Shown piece after piece: positions 8,918 to 17,859 of a DNA stretch of 36,903 bases. The translations under genes were made by a program, and so were the position numbers. This DNA comes from a virus (taxonomy: Duplodnaviria; Caudoviricetes), in the IMG/VR virus record IMGVR_UViG_3300028422_002004, positions 1-36,903 of that record; one strand, given 5' to 3'. How positions within the stretch are numbered: the stretch's first letter is position 1; every line of letters begins with the position of its first letter. Below the pieces are notes generated by a model. The model saw only the letters and a program-made list of their open reading frames with translations. It made no database searches and was not told where the DNA came from.

Positions 8918-8929
8918 ATCGGAATTTAA
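8915..8929 (+). repeat. Junction site TAAATCGGAATTTAA
   Basis: Overlaps upstream stop, followed by RBS GGGGG. Confidence 0.6.
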
Positions 8930-8940
8930 AGGGGGATAAA

Positions 8941-9654
8941 GTGAAAGCATTTGACTATATTTGCGAAGGACAAATGAATTTGTTTGATTTTATAAATCAC
9001 CAGGTAACTTGCAAGATAGATAAATCTTTCCAGTGTAATCATGCCAACGCAAAGCAGGTAGCTTTATCGTGTGGCGAGAACTGTATATTCGATTGTTGCC
9101 TTACCTGTAAAGAAATGTGTGGATGTAGATGCAATCCTTCGGCTCATTTAAATAAACCTAAATTCTTAAAGAAAACTTGTGCTGCAACATTGAAAGAATG
9201 TGATTGCCATTGTGGAACGGATAGTGTTACTGATAAATGCTGTGGCAGTTGCATTGAAAAATGTGAACACAGATGTGAATATTCGATGGCCAGATATGAG
9301 GTGTTTGACAAACAAAAAAAAGAGTGGGTACAGAACCCAAATTATTACAATTACGTTTGGGATTTAATATCACATGGAACTGGATTTGTTGGTGGCATGG
9401 ATAGAGTAAGAAATTATTTCAAGCAATCTCACAAAACAGAAGAACGGATTTCTTTTCTAAAAAAAGAGTACGGAGAAGGTGGGTTTGGTATGCCACACGA
9501 TGGTGGGAAGAATTTAGTACATAGTTCATGGTCAGGAGCAAAAGGAATTAAAATTAATTATCTGGATGCGGAAGGAATTGACTATGAAGAATTAATTGAT
9601 TGGAAACGAATTGATAAAGAAATATTATTTTTAGTCGACAAAGGTTGGTATTGA
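8941..9654 (+). CDS. Cys-rich two-part hypothetical protein
   Basis: GTG start; about 20 Cys in the N-half; C-half HGTGFVGG...FLKKEYGEGG. Confidence 0.75.
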   Translation: MKAFDYICEGQMNLFDFINHQVTCKIDKSFQCNHANAKQVALSCGENCIFDCCLTCKEMCGCRCNPSAHLNKPKFLKKTCAATLKECDCHCGTDSVTDKCCGSCIEKCEHRCEYSMARYEVFDKQKKEWVQNPNYYNYVWDLISHGTGFVGGMDRVRNYFKQSHKTEERISFLKKEYGEGGFGMPHDGGKNLVHSSWSGAKGIKINYLDAEGIDYEELIDWKRIDKEILFLVDKGWY

Positions 9655-9667
9655 AAGGATAGGTAAA

Positions 9668-9934
9668 ATGAAAAACACATTAGGAGATTTAAATAATCAT
9701 CTTTTTGCACAGCTTGAAAAATTAAGTGATGATGATCTGACAGGGGATGGACTTGAAGCAGAAATAAAGAGAGCAGAATCAATGGCGAAAGTATCAGAGC
9801 AGATCATAAAAACAGGTGAGTTACAACTTAAAGCAATGGTTCATATGGATTCATATGGTTATGAACGTGAAAAACTTGTTCCAGAAATGCTGGAGGTAAA
9901 ATATGGGAAAGAGATACAGTCAGGAAGTAAATGA
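9668..9934 (+). CDS. Conserved phage protein (HNH partner)
   Basis: MKNTLGDLNNHLFAQLEKL...EIKRAESM; overlaps HNH start. Confidence 0.8.
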   Translation: MKNTLGDLNNHLFAQLEKLSDDDLTGDGLEAEIKRAESMAKVSEQIIKTGELQLKAMVHMDSYGYEREKLVPEMLEVKYGKEIQSGSK

Positions 9935-10676
9935 TTTTGTTCGTGACAATGTGACCAAATATAGCGCTCGTGAATTGGCAGAAGTTACGAATGAGAAGTT
10001 CGGTACCAGTTTCACGGATAGTTCCATGAAGTCATTTAAATCAAACCGAGGTCTTAAAGGTGTAAGGCAAAACACAACTGTATATTCAGATACCTTCCCA
10101 AAAGAAATTGCGATCTTTATCCAAAATAATTGTAATCAGGTCGGTTATCAGGCAATGGCAGATTTGCTAAAAGGAACTTTTGGAAGAAATTATACGAAAG
10201 AGCAGATTAAAGGATATTATCGCAATCATGGTTTAAGATCTGGGTTAGATGGCAGATTTAAAAAAGGTCATATTTCACCAACAAAAGGTAAAAAGGGATT
10301 GAGAATACCAGGCAGTGAAAAAGGATGGTTTAAGTCAGGTCACAGACCACATAATGCGGTCAAGGTTGGAACAGAAATAATTGATGATCATGGATACCAC
10401 AAAACAAAAATAGCAGAACCGGATGTTTGGATTTTCACACATAAACTTGTTTGGAAACAAAACTTCGGAGATATTCCAGCCGGTATGATGGTCAGTTTTA
10501 AGGATTGCAACAAAGATAATCTTTCACCTGATAACTTGATGCTTATAACCAATACTGAGCATATGGAATTGGTCAGACGTGGATTAAGATTCAGCAATCC
10601 TGAACATACAGAAATTGGATTGACAATTGCCAGAATGAACATAATAACAAAGAGACTGAAAAGAAAACAGAAATGA
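9903..10676 (+). CDS. HNH endonuclease family protein with duplicated N-terminal domain
   Basis: GRFKKGH-x2-P repeats; HKLVWKQNFGDIPAG...FKDCNKDN...DNL. Confidence 0.85.
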   Translation: MGKRYSQEVNDFVRDNVTKYSARELAEVTNEKFGTSFTDSSMKSFKSNRGLKGVRQNTTVYSDTFPKEIAIFIQNNCNQVGYQAMADLLKGTFGRNYTKEQIKGYYRNHGLRSGLDGRFKKGHISPTKGKKGLRIPGSEKGWFKSGHRPHNAVKVGTEIIDDHGYHKTKIAEPDVWIFTHKLVWKQNFGDIPAGMMVSFKDCNKDNLSPDNLMLITNTEHMELVRRGLRFSNPEHTEIGLTIARMNIITKRLKRKQK

Positions 10677-10754
10677 TAAAAATGGCAGCAGTCATGTCAC
10701 TATTAATATTGGGTTATTAATAGTGGCATAGAACAAAGTTCAGGAAGGGGATAT

Positions 10755-10979
10755 ATGGGAACTTTCGGTATCATGGAAAAAATGTCACTCGATAACAACA
10801 AGGAGTTAAAACTTAGTCCGTTAAGCAATATAAAGAGAGCACGATCTGGAAAAGATGGATGGGGAGAAGTAACAATTGCAATTCCAAATGAGATTGTTTT
10901 AGGTCTGTTGGAAAATCCAGAAAAATATATTGGTGGATTGATAATTTGCAATAAAGCTGAGTTTGAAAAGTACAAATAA
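10755..10979 (+). CDS. Hypothetical protein
   Basis: RBS GAAGGGG; co-oriented 74-aa ORF. Confidence 0.7.
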   Translation: MGTFGIMEKMSLDNNKELKLSPLSNIKRARSGKDGWGEVTIAIPNEIVLGLLENPEKYIGGLIICNKAEFEKYK

Positions 10980-11019
10980 AATTAAAAATTCAAAAAATGG
11001 CAGTAGGAAGGGGAATTAC

Positions 11020-11307
11020 ATGAAGTATTTGAAAATAGCAAGTGAAGATGGAGATAGAGCAGTATATAAGCATCACGATTTTTCAAGATTCTATCGCGGA
11101 GAATTTAAAGGAATTGAAGTTAAGTACCAAGGAATGAAAGTATATCAGTGTAAGACGTTAAAAAAGATTTTAGAAATCAGGCAGAGTACCTTTGATTACT
11201 GTGGAGAATGGTTTGATGTATATGATGAAAATGGAAAAGTAAATTTGGATAATCCAGAGATACAGCAGTTGATCAATAAAATAAAAGAATGCAGTTGTGA
11301 CAACTAA
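11020..11307 (+). CDS. Hypothetical protein
   Basis: ATG 11020 after GAAGGGG; stop lies in junction site. Confidence 0.7.
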   Translation: MKYLKIASEDGDRAVYKHHDFSRFYRGEFKGIEVKYQGMKVYQCKTLKKILEIRQSTFDYCGEWFDVYDENGKVNLDNPEIQQLINKIKECSCDN

Positions 11308-11319
11308 ATTAAAATTTAA
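11305..11319 (+). repeat. Junction site TAAATTAAAATTTAA
   Basis: Begins with the upstream stop; followed by RBS. Confidence 0.6.
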
Positions 11320-11340
11320 CGTGGGTGGGGGTAAAAATAT

Positions 11341-11541
11341 ATGTATGAAGTAGAAGCGAATAGCATGGGTTGTACGTTTGAAAAGGAAGAAGATGCAATA
11401 AATGCTTTTATGATGGCACTTGCAATGATAGAAGATATTAATATTTCAGAATTAGAAAAAAAAATAAAATTTGACATCAACAACACTAAAAATAATATGT
11501 ATGAGCATAATTACTATATGTCAATCAGAAAGGTAAACTGA
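11341..11541 (+). CDS. Hypothetical protein (single-gene cassette candidate)
   Basis: 66-aa ORF bracketed by two junction sites. Confidence 0.65.
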   Translation: MYEVEANSMGCTFEKEEDAINAFMMALAMIEDINISELEKKIKFDINNTKNNMYEHNYYMSIRKVN

Positions 11542-11548
11542 AATTTAA
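11534..11548 (+). repeat. Junction site TAAACTGAAATTTAA
   Basis: Contains the TGA stop; followed by RBS GAGGG. Confidence 0.6.
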
Positions 11549-11560
11549 TGAGGGAATGAA

Positions 11561-11746
11561 ATGAGAGAAGCGGTAAGTGAGTATATAGACTATTTAGAAA
11601 GAGTTGCAGCCTGTCAAAGAATAAGGTTTGAAGAAGCGGAAGAGTTAGCTGCATCAAAAGAAGTTGCAATGTACTATGGGTTAAATGATAAAGAGCTTAG
11701 TGAGGTTGAAGAATATGGCAGGAGAATGCAGACAGAAGCAAGCTGA
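11561..11746 (+). CDS. Hypothetical protein
   Basis: RBS GAGGG; 61 aa. Confidence 0.65.
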   Translation: MREAVSEYIDYLERVAACQRIRFEEAEELAASKEVAMYYGLNDKELSEVEEYGRRMQTEAS

Positions 11747-11984
11747 AAACAGAGAACTTGCATACAAGATGTATCTGGAAGGCAAAGACATAAATGAAAT
11801 AGCAAATCATATTGGTTATACGGTTCAGACGGTTAGGAATATTATAAATGATCGTGAAAGAGATCAAAGGCCTGTTCGTATAGAAGAACAGCATATTAAA
11901 TCAAAAGACGTAAGAAAAAGAGAAATTGTAATGATCGGAACTAAAAGATATATTGACGAAGTTGATTTTATTGCAGGTAGATAA
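11715..11984 (+). CDS. HTH DNA-binding protein
   Basis: AYKMYLEGKDINEIANHIGYTVQTVRNII; ATG 11715 after GAGG. Confidence 0.7.
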   Translation: MAGECRQKQAENRELAYKMYLEGKDINEIANHIGYTVQTVRNIINDRERDQRPVRIEEQHIKSKDVRKREIVMIGTKRYIDEVDFIAGR

Positions 11985-12054
11985 AATCAAAACAAAGACA
12001 ACAATTAATATGGATATTTCATAATAACAGTATCCAGGAAAGACAGGAGCCAGC

Positions 12055-13068
12055 ATGACAAAAGAGAAACTAATCAATAATATTTTGTTCAAAATGAATA
12101 TGCTCATAGATAAAGACCAAATGATCATGCTGGAGTCCGTCCTACAGAATGAACTATATAATGTCGATGTGACAGAAATGGAAACTGGTTTATCTACCGG
12201 GACTGATACAAATGAATATTTTATCCAGATGATGCTATTTAAAATGAATAAAAAACTATCTCCAAAGACGGTATACCAGTATGAAAGATGTATCAAGTCT
12301 TTCTGTGATTTTATTAATAAAAGTTTCGATAGAGTAAATTCAATGGATATTGAAGTATATCTTTCTAAATTTGCTGCCGGAAAAAATAAATCAAACAGTA
12401 ACAAGTCTTTGAATAATGAGCGCAGGTATCTATCTGCTTGTTTCAAATGGATGCGAAAGGCTAACCTTATTACAATAAATCCATGTGAAAATGTTGAACC
12501 ATTCAAAGAAATACAGAAGCCAATTGATCATTTGGTTGGTATAGAGGTTGAGCAGTTACGTGATTATTGTAAAACACTTAGGGAAAGAGACTTAGTAGAA
12601 TTTTTACTGTCAACAGCATGCAGAGTAGGAGAAGCAGAGAGAGTAAAGATATCTGATCTGGACATGCAAGTGAATAAAAATGTTTTACTTTACGGAAGTA
12701 AGGGCAGTGCATATAGATATGCTTGCCTGGGTGATGCGGCAAGATATCATATCAAAAAGTATCTTGATAGCAGGAATGATGATTCAGATGCACTATTTGT
12801 TACAGAAAGAGGCATAAAACATGGTGTTACAGCTGGAACAATGAGGGATATATTAAAAAGCATTAAAAAGCGTGCTGAAATTGGAAGAAGTATATACCCA
12901 CACTTGCTAAGAAAGACAAGTGCAACGGATCTTCGCAATCATGGTGCTGCCATAGAAGATATATCAGTAATGCTTGGGCATAAGGATGCATCTACAACGA
13001 TAAAATTTTATGCAGCGGTATCGCAGGAACATATATCGGCTGTTCATTCAAGATGTTCGTCATATTAA
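12055..13068 (+). CDS. Second tyrosine recombinase (XerC/D-like)
   Basis: STACRVGE, GSKG, YPHLLRKT, MLGH...TTIKFYA: intact R-K-H-R-H-Y set; SAM-like N-domain (LSPKTVYQY). Confidence 0.93.
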   Translation: MTKEKLINNILFKMNMLIDKDQMIMLESVLQNELYNVDVTEMETGLSTGTDTNEYFIQMMLFKMNKKLSPKTVYQYERCIKSFCDFINKSFDRVNSMDIEVYLSKFAAGKNKSNSNKSLNNERRYLSACFKWMRKANLITINPCENVEPFKEIQKPIDHLVGIEVEQLRDYCKTLRERDLVEFLLSTACRVGEAERVKISDLDMQVNKNVLLYGSKGSAYRYACLGDAARYHIKKYLDSRNDDSDALFVTERGIKHGVTAGTMRDILKSIKKRAEIGRSIYPHLLRKTSATDLRNHGAAIEDISVMLGHKDASTTIKFYAAVSQEHISAVHSRCSSY

Positions 13069-13165
13069 ATAAAAGTGTACAAAGATTTGTATATTAGTTC
13101 GTGTTTATTCGTTTTTAGAATGATATAATTATTTTACAAACAAATTTATGAAAGGAGTAGATCAA

Positions 13166-13339
13166 ATGATTTGTGATAGATGCACTGTTGATATGGAATC
13201 ATATCATGCTGATATGAAATTTGAAGTATTTAGGGATAAGAACAGAAAAGATGATACACTTCATGAAATACCGTGTAAGAGTATTCATGTATGTCCAGCA
13301 TGTGGGAAAATTGAATTTAGTATTTGTGAGATAAAATAA
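13166..13339 (+). CDS. Small Zn-ribbon protein
   Basis: CDRC...CPACG; RBS AAGGAG; TGATATAAT at 13121-13129. Confidence 0.7.
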   Translation: MICDRCTVDMESYHADMKFEVFRDKNRKDDTLHEIPCKSIHVCPACGKIEFSICEIK

Positions 13340-13378
13340 AGAACCATAGTACCATGTAATATAATATGTATAAGTGAT

Positions 13379-13415
13379 AGAGCGGCCAGTAGTAATACCT
13401 GGGTGCTCTTTTTTT
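13379..13415 (+). terminator. Intrinsic terminator ending the early region
   Basis: AGAGCGGCCAG...CTGGGTGCTCT followed by T tract. Confidence 0.7.
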
Positions 13416-13426
13416 GTGCGATAAAG

Positions 13427-13460
13427 TAGGGGGGAAATAAAAATATAATCTCTGTAAAAT
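13427..13460 (+). promoter_or_regulatory. Candidate late promoter (TAGGGGGGAA + -10)
   Basis: G6, 20 bp, TAAAAT; same layout at 17778 and 32607. Confidence 0.5.
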
Positions 13461-13481
13461 TACATCAGAAGGTGGTGGAAT

Positions 13482-14084
13482 ATGACACAGAGCGAATACG
13501 ATGATTTAAAAACAGAATATGCTACTACTGATATATCCTACAGAAAAATAGCTGCAAAGTACGGGATATCATATAGTACATTGTCACAAATGGCAGCAAA
13601 AGAGAACTGGACTGAAGCTAGGAGAGAGTATCGCAATAAAGTAGTATCAAAAACGATAGCAAAAGCTGCTAACATGCAGGCGAGCAAGCTTTTCAGCCTT
13701 ATGAAGTCAGCAGACAAGATGTCAAAAGTAATTGAGGAAGTGGTAAAAGACTCAAAACAGTTTAATCGACATTTGGTACAAACCCGGACTAAAGGGAAAG
13801 AAATTAATACAACCACAGGCGAACTTGAATTTACTGAAAAATGGGATGTTGAAGAACGCATATATAAAAAGGTCGATACCAAAGCAATACGAGACCTTAC
13901 CAGCTCAATGAAGGATCTTACTGCAGTGATCAGGAACATTTATGACATACCGACAATGGCTGAAAAAACAGCAATGGATATTGCAGTTGAGAGGTTAAAA
14001 CTTGAGCAAGCTAAAAGTGGTGATGATGGCGATGATGAAGAAACCGGTATTGTACTGCTGCCAGAAGTCACACCAGATGAATAG
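13482..14084 (+). CDS. terS: Terminase small subunit
   Basis: N-terminal HTH (SYRKIAAKYGIS), C-terminal TGIVLLPEV; precedes TerL. Confidence 0.8.
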   Translation: MTQSEYDDLKTEYATTDISYRKIAAKYGISYSTLSQMAAKENWTEARREYRNKVVSKTIAKAANMQASKLFSLMKSADKMSKVIEEVVKDSKQFNRHLVQTRTKGKEINTTTGELEFTEKWDVEERIYKKVDTKAIRDLTSSMKDLTAVIRNIYDIPTMAEKTAMDIAVERLKLEQAKSGDDGDDEETGIVLLPEVTPDE

Positions 14085-14092
14085 GTGATGAT

Positions 14093-15541
14093 ATGAGCAA
14101 AGTAATATGGGAACCACAGCCAAGACAGGCTATATTTCAAAGCCAAGGTGCATATGAATGTCTTTACGGTGGTGCAGCTGGTGGTGGAAAATCAGATGCA
14201 TTGCTTGCAGAGGCATTAAGACAAGTTCATTTAAAAAATTATAGAGCACTGATATTAAGAAAAACGTACCCACAGCTTTCGGAACTAATTGACAGGAGCA
14301 GGGATATCTATAAATTGAGCTATCCAAGGGCAAGATATAACGACTCAAAACATTGCTGGAGATTTCCATCAGGGGCAAAGATATATTTTGGATCTATGCA
14401 GCATACGAAAGACCGTATCAATTATCAGGGAAAAAGATATGATTTTATAGCATTCGATGAATTAACGCATTTTACATGGGATGAATACTCATATATGTTT
14501 TCACGAAACCGCCCTTCTGGTCCCGGTACAAGAGTTTATATCAGAGCAACAACAAATCCAGGCGGGATAGGGCATGGATGGGTAAAAGATAGATTTATAA
14601 CACCAGTTCCGCCATTAACACCAATCATTGACGATTACAATGTCGCAACCCCAGAAGGCAAAATAATCACAATGAAGAGGAAAAGGATTTTTGTACCTTC
14701 AACTGTTTTTGATAATAAAAAGTTACTGGAAAATGATCCTAATTATCTGGCCAATCTTGCAATGATGCCTGAAGCAGAAAAGAACGCATTGTTATACGGA
14801 TCATGGGATTCGTTTGACGGTCAGGTGTTTACAGAGTGGGTAAATGATCCTGAACATTACGATGATCATAAGCTGACACATGTAATTAATCCATTCAAGA
14901 TACCTGCACACTGGAAGATTATGAGATCGTTTGATTTTGGCTATTCTAAACCTTTCTCAGTTGGATGGTACGCTATTGATGAGAACGGTAAGGTATACAG
15001 AATTAAAGAATACTACGGATGCACTGGAACACCTAATGTTGGTGTGAAGATGGATCCGGTACAAATAGCAGCTGAAATAAAAAGAATAGAAAATGATGAC
15101 CCTATGCTAAAAGGGAAACAAATCCGTGGGGTTGCAGATCCATCTATATTTGATGAATCAAGGGGAGAGTCAGTAGCACGTATGATGTCAAGATCTCCAA
15201 ATTTCATTTATTGGGATGGTGGAGATAATACACGAATACCAGGCAAAATGCAGTTCCATTATAGATTCGCATTTGACGAAGGTGGTGAGTGCATGTTTCA
15301 GGTATTCAATACATGCAAACACTTCATCAGAACAATACCAATCCTTGTATATGATGATAAACATGTAGAAGACATTAACACTGACATGGAAGAGCATATC
15401 TATGATGAGTGCAGGTATTTGCTTATGGAGCATCCAATTTCGCCTAGAGCAAACAAACGAACGAAGAAACGTATGGATGACCCACTTGATTTACATACAG
15501 AAACTAAAAATGATTATTTATTCTTTGGAATGAGAGGGTAA
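14093..15541 (+). CDS. terL: Terminase large subunit
   Basis: YGGAAGGGKS Walker A, FIAFDELTHF Walker B, TTNPGG, DFGYSKPF nuclease. Confidence 0.96.
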   Translation: MSKVIWEPQPRQAIFQSQGAYECLYGGAAGGGKSDALLAEALRQVHLKNYRALILRKTYPQLSELIDRSRDIYKLSYPRARYNDSKHCWRFPSGAKIYFGSMQHTKDRINYQGKRYDFIAFDELTHFTWDEYSYMFSRNRPSGPGTRVYIRATTNPGGIGHGWVKDRFITPVPPLTPIIDDYNVATPEGKIITMKRKRIFVPSTVFDNKKLLENDPNYLANLAMMPEAEKNALLYGSWDSFDGQVFTEWVNDPEHYDDHKLTHVINPFKIPAHWKIMRSFDFGYSKPFSVGWYAIDENGKVYRIKEYYGCTGTPNVGVKMDPVQIAAEIKRIENDDPMLKGKQIRGVADPSIFDESRGESVARMMSRSPNFIYWDGGDNTRIPGKMQFHYRFAFDEGGECMFQVFNTCKHFIRTIPILVYDDKHVEDINTDMEEHIYDECRYLLMEHPISPRANKRTKKRMDDPLDLHTETKNDYLFFGMRG

Positions 15542-15543
15542 CG

Positions 15544-17460
15544 ATGGCAGGAAAGACAGATGAGAAGAAAATCATAATAAAAACACCAGCAGAAGAGTCT
15601 CAGTCAGAACAGGCGGTGTTAACTGATCAGCAGAAACAGATGCTGGATATTTATAAAGAAAATGAACCACAAAAGACTTCAAAAGGTGTAATTGGTGTAA
15701 ATGAAATTCACAAAGCTACTGAAACACTTAAAAAGTACAAAACTGGAAAAGAAAATCTTGAAAAACGTATCATTGCAAATGAGCAATGGTGGAAGTTAAG
15801 GCACTGGGAGCTGTTTAGGGAAAGTACTAGGGCAGTAGAACCTGCATCAGCATGGCTATTCAATTCAATAGCTAACAAACATGCAGATGCAATGGATTCG
15901 TACCCAGAACCATGCATATTACCACGTGCAAGAGACGATGAAGAGGCTGCTAAACAGTTAAGCTCGATTGTGCCTGTTATATTAGAACAAAATCAATATG
16001 AGCAGGTATATTCTGATGTGTGGTGGTACAAATTAAAGAATGGCACCGGAGTAAAAGGTATCTTCTGGAATAGTAGGAAGAATAATGGCATTGGAGATAT
16101 CGAAGTAAAAAAATGTGATCTATTAAATTTATTCTGGGAACCAGGTATATCAGATATTCAAGATTCACAGAACTTCTTTCATGTTGAACTGATTGATAAA
16201 AAGGTCATTAATGCAACATATGATATTGATATTGAAGGTGGTAGTCCTTCCATTGAGACTACGAAATATGTATATGATGATACCGTTGATACCACAGATA
16301 AAGCACTTGTTATTGACTGGTATTACAAAAAGGGAGAAGTACTTCATTACTGTAAATATGTGAATGAATCTGTCCTATATGCATCTGAAAACGACAGTAA
16401 CTATTCAGACAGAGGATTTTATGATCATGGGAAATATCCGTTTGTATTTGACACTCTGTTTGTATCAGAAGGCAGTCCTTGTGGCTTTGGGTACATAGAT
16501 ATCATGAAAGACTGCCAGATGTATATTGATAAGCTGGGTTCTTCCATTTTGGAAACATCCATGTCTGGATCAAAACAACGCTATTTCATGCGTGATGATG
16601 GTGGAATTAACGAAAAAGAATTTGCCGATTACTCAAAGAACATAGTACATGTAACAGGTAATTTAGGAGAGGATTCGCTCAGAAAGATAGATGCACCTAA
16701 ATTAGATTCGATATTTGTTAATGTACTAACCAATAAAATTGATGAACTAAAAGAGACATCCGGGAACAGAGATTTTTCGCAAGGATCTACCACATCTGGA
16801 GTTACAGCAGCAAGCGCAATAGCAGCATTACAGGAAGCAGGATCCAAATTATCACGTGACATGTTAAAGAGCGCATACAGGGCATTTAGTCAGGAGTGCT
16901 ATTTTGTTCTTGAATTAATGCGGCAGTTCTATGATGAACCACGTACATTTAGAATCTCAGGGGAAACTCCTGAATACAATTACAGTACATTTGACAATAG
17001 TGCAATAGCACCTGTTAACCAAGGCACAGCATTTGGAATTGATTTAGGCTCACGTTTACCAGTTTTTGACATTGAAGTAGTGGCAGCAAAGAAGTCAACA
17101 TACAGCAAAATGGCACAGAATGAACTTGCATTACAGTTCTATGGACTAGGGTTCTTTAATCCACAAATGGCAGATCAGACGATTGCGTGTCTTGAAATGA
17201 TGGATTTTGACGGAAAAGAAAAGATATTACAGAAAATATCAGAGAATGGAACCTTGTACCAGCAATTAATGATGATGCAACAGCAATTGGCACAAATGGC
17301 ACAGATTATAGATATGCAAAATGGTACACAAATATCTTCGCAAGTTTCGGGACCAGGTGCTATGCCTATGCCACAGGCAACTGAAGCATTAAAACAGAAC
17401 AATAAAACAGGAACAGAAAAAGCAGCTGATTCAGCCAATAGATCAGCAACACCCAAATGA
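15544..17460 (+). CDS. Portal protein
   Basis: 638 aa after TerL; HGKYPFV, SGVTAASAIAALQEAG; Q-rich C-terminus like P22/N4-type portals. Confidence 0.88.
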   Translation: MAGKTDEKKIIIKTPAEESQSEQAVLTDQQKQMLDIYKENEPQKTSKGVIGVNEIHKATETLKKYKTGKENLEKRIIANEQWWKLRHWELFRESTRAVEPASAWLFNSIANKHADAMDSYPEPCILPRARDDEEAAKQLSSIVPVILEQNQYEQVYSDVWWYKLKNGTGVKGIFWNSRKNNGIGDIEVKKCDLLNLFWEPGISDIQDSQNFFHVELIDKKVINATYDIDIEGGSPSIETTKYVYDDTVDTTDKALVIDWYYKKGEVLHYCKYVNESVLYASENDSNYSDRGFYDHGKYPFVFDTLFVSEGSPCGFGYIDIMKDCQMYIDKLGSSILETSMSGSKQRYFMRDDGGINEKEFADYSKNIVHVTGNLGEDSLRKIDAPKLDSIFVNVLTNKIDELKETSGNRDFSQGSTTSGVTAASAIAALQEAGSKLSRDMLKSAYRAFSQECYFVLELMRQFYDEPRTFRISGETPEYNYSTFDNSAIAPVNQGTAFGIDLGSRLPVFDIEVVAAKKSTYSKMAQNELALQFYGLGFFNPQMADQTIACLEMMDFDGKEKILQKISENGTLYQQLMMMQQQLAQMAQIIDMQNGTQISSQVSGPGAMPMPQATEALKQNNKTGTEKAADSANRSATPK

Positions 17461-17470
17461 GAGGGATTAA

Positions 17471-17791
17471 ATGACAATCGTAAATATTAAAAGAGAAACT
17501 GGTCATTACATGATGGATATTAATGGACATGCAGGTTATGCAGATCCAGGGATAGACATTGTATGTTCAGCTGTTTCCATATTGTCATATACATTTATTC
17601 AAACATTACAGAATTTAGAAGAGCAGGGAAAAATTTATATGTTCTATACAAATATTAAAGAAGGAAATGTGCAGATAGAATTTAGATACTCTGATAATAA
17701 TGTCCAAAGTGTTATTGATACCATAGAGAATGGTTATTCATTAATTGAAAACCAATATGGAGAATATGTAAGGGTAATAGGGGGGAAATAA
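17471..17791 (+). CDS. prp: Prp-family cysteine protease (phage maturation protease)
   Basis: GHAGYA...DIVCSAVS catalytic His/Cys motifs. Confidence 0.9.
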   Translation: MTIVNIKRETGHYMMDINGHAGYADPGIDIVCSAVSILSYTFIQTLQNLEEQGKIYMFYTNIKEGNVQIEFRYSDNNVQSVIDTIENGYSLIENQYGEYVRVIGGK

Positions 17792-17859
17792 ATTTTAAAA
17801 TTTATTATTATTTTCTTAGTGGGATATAAATCCCTGACACTTCGGAAAGGAACGATGAA

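Noticed and set aside
10977-10993. Further junction sites here, at 8732 and at 13066
   Set aside because: Three or more mismatches in AT-rich DNA; not counted.
12018-12027. TTCATAATAA shared with 34744-34753
   Set aside because: 10-bp AT-rich match is plausible by chance.
17787-17806. Perfect 20-bp palindrome AATAAATTTTAAAATTTATT as a recombination site
   Set aside because: All A/T, spacing differs from the junction consensus, and it lies within the candidate late promoter.
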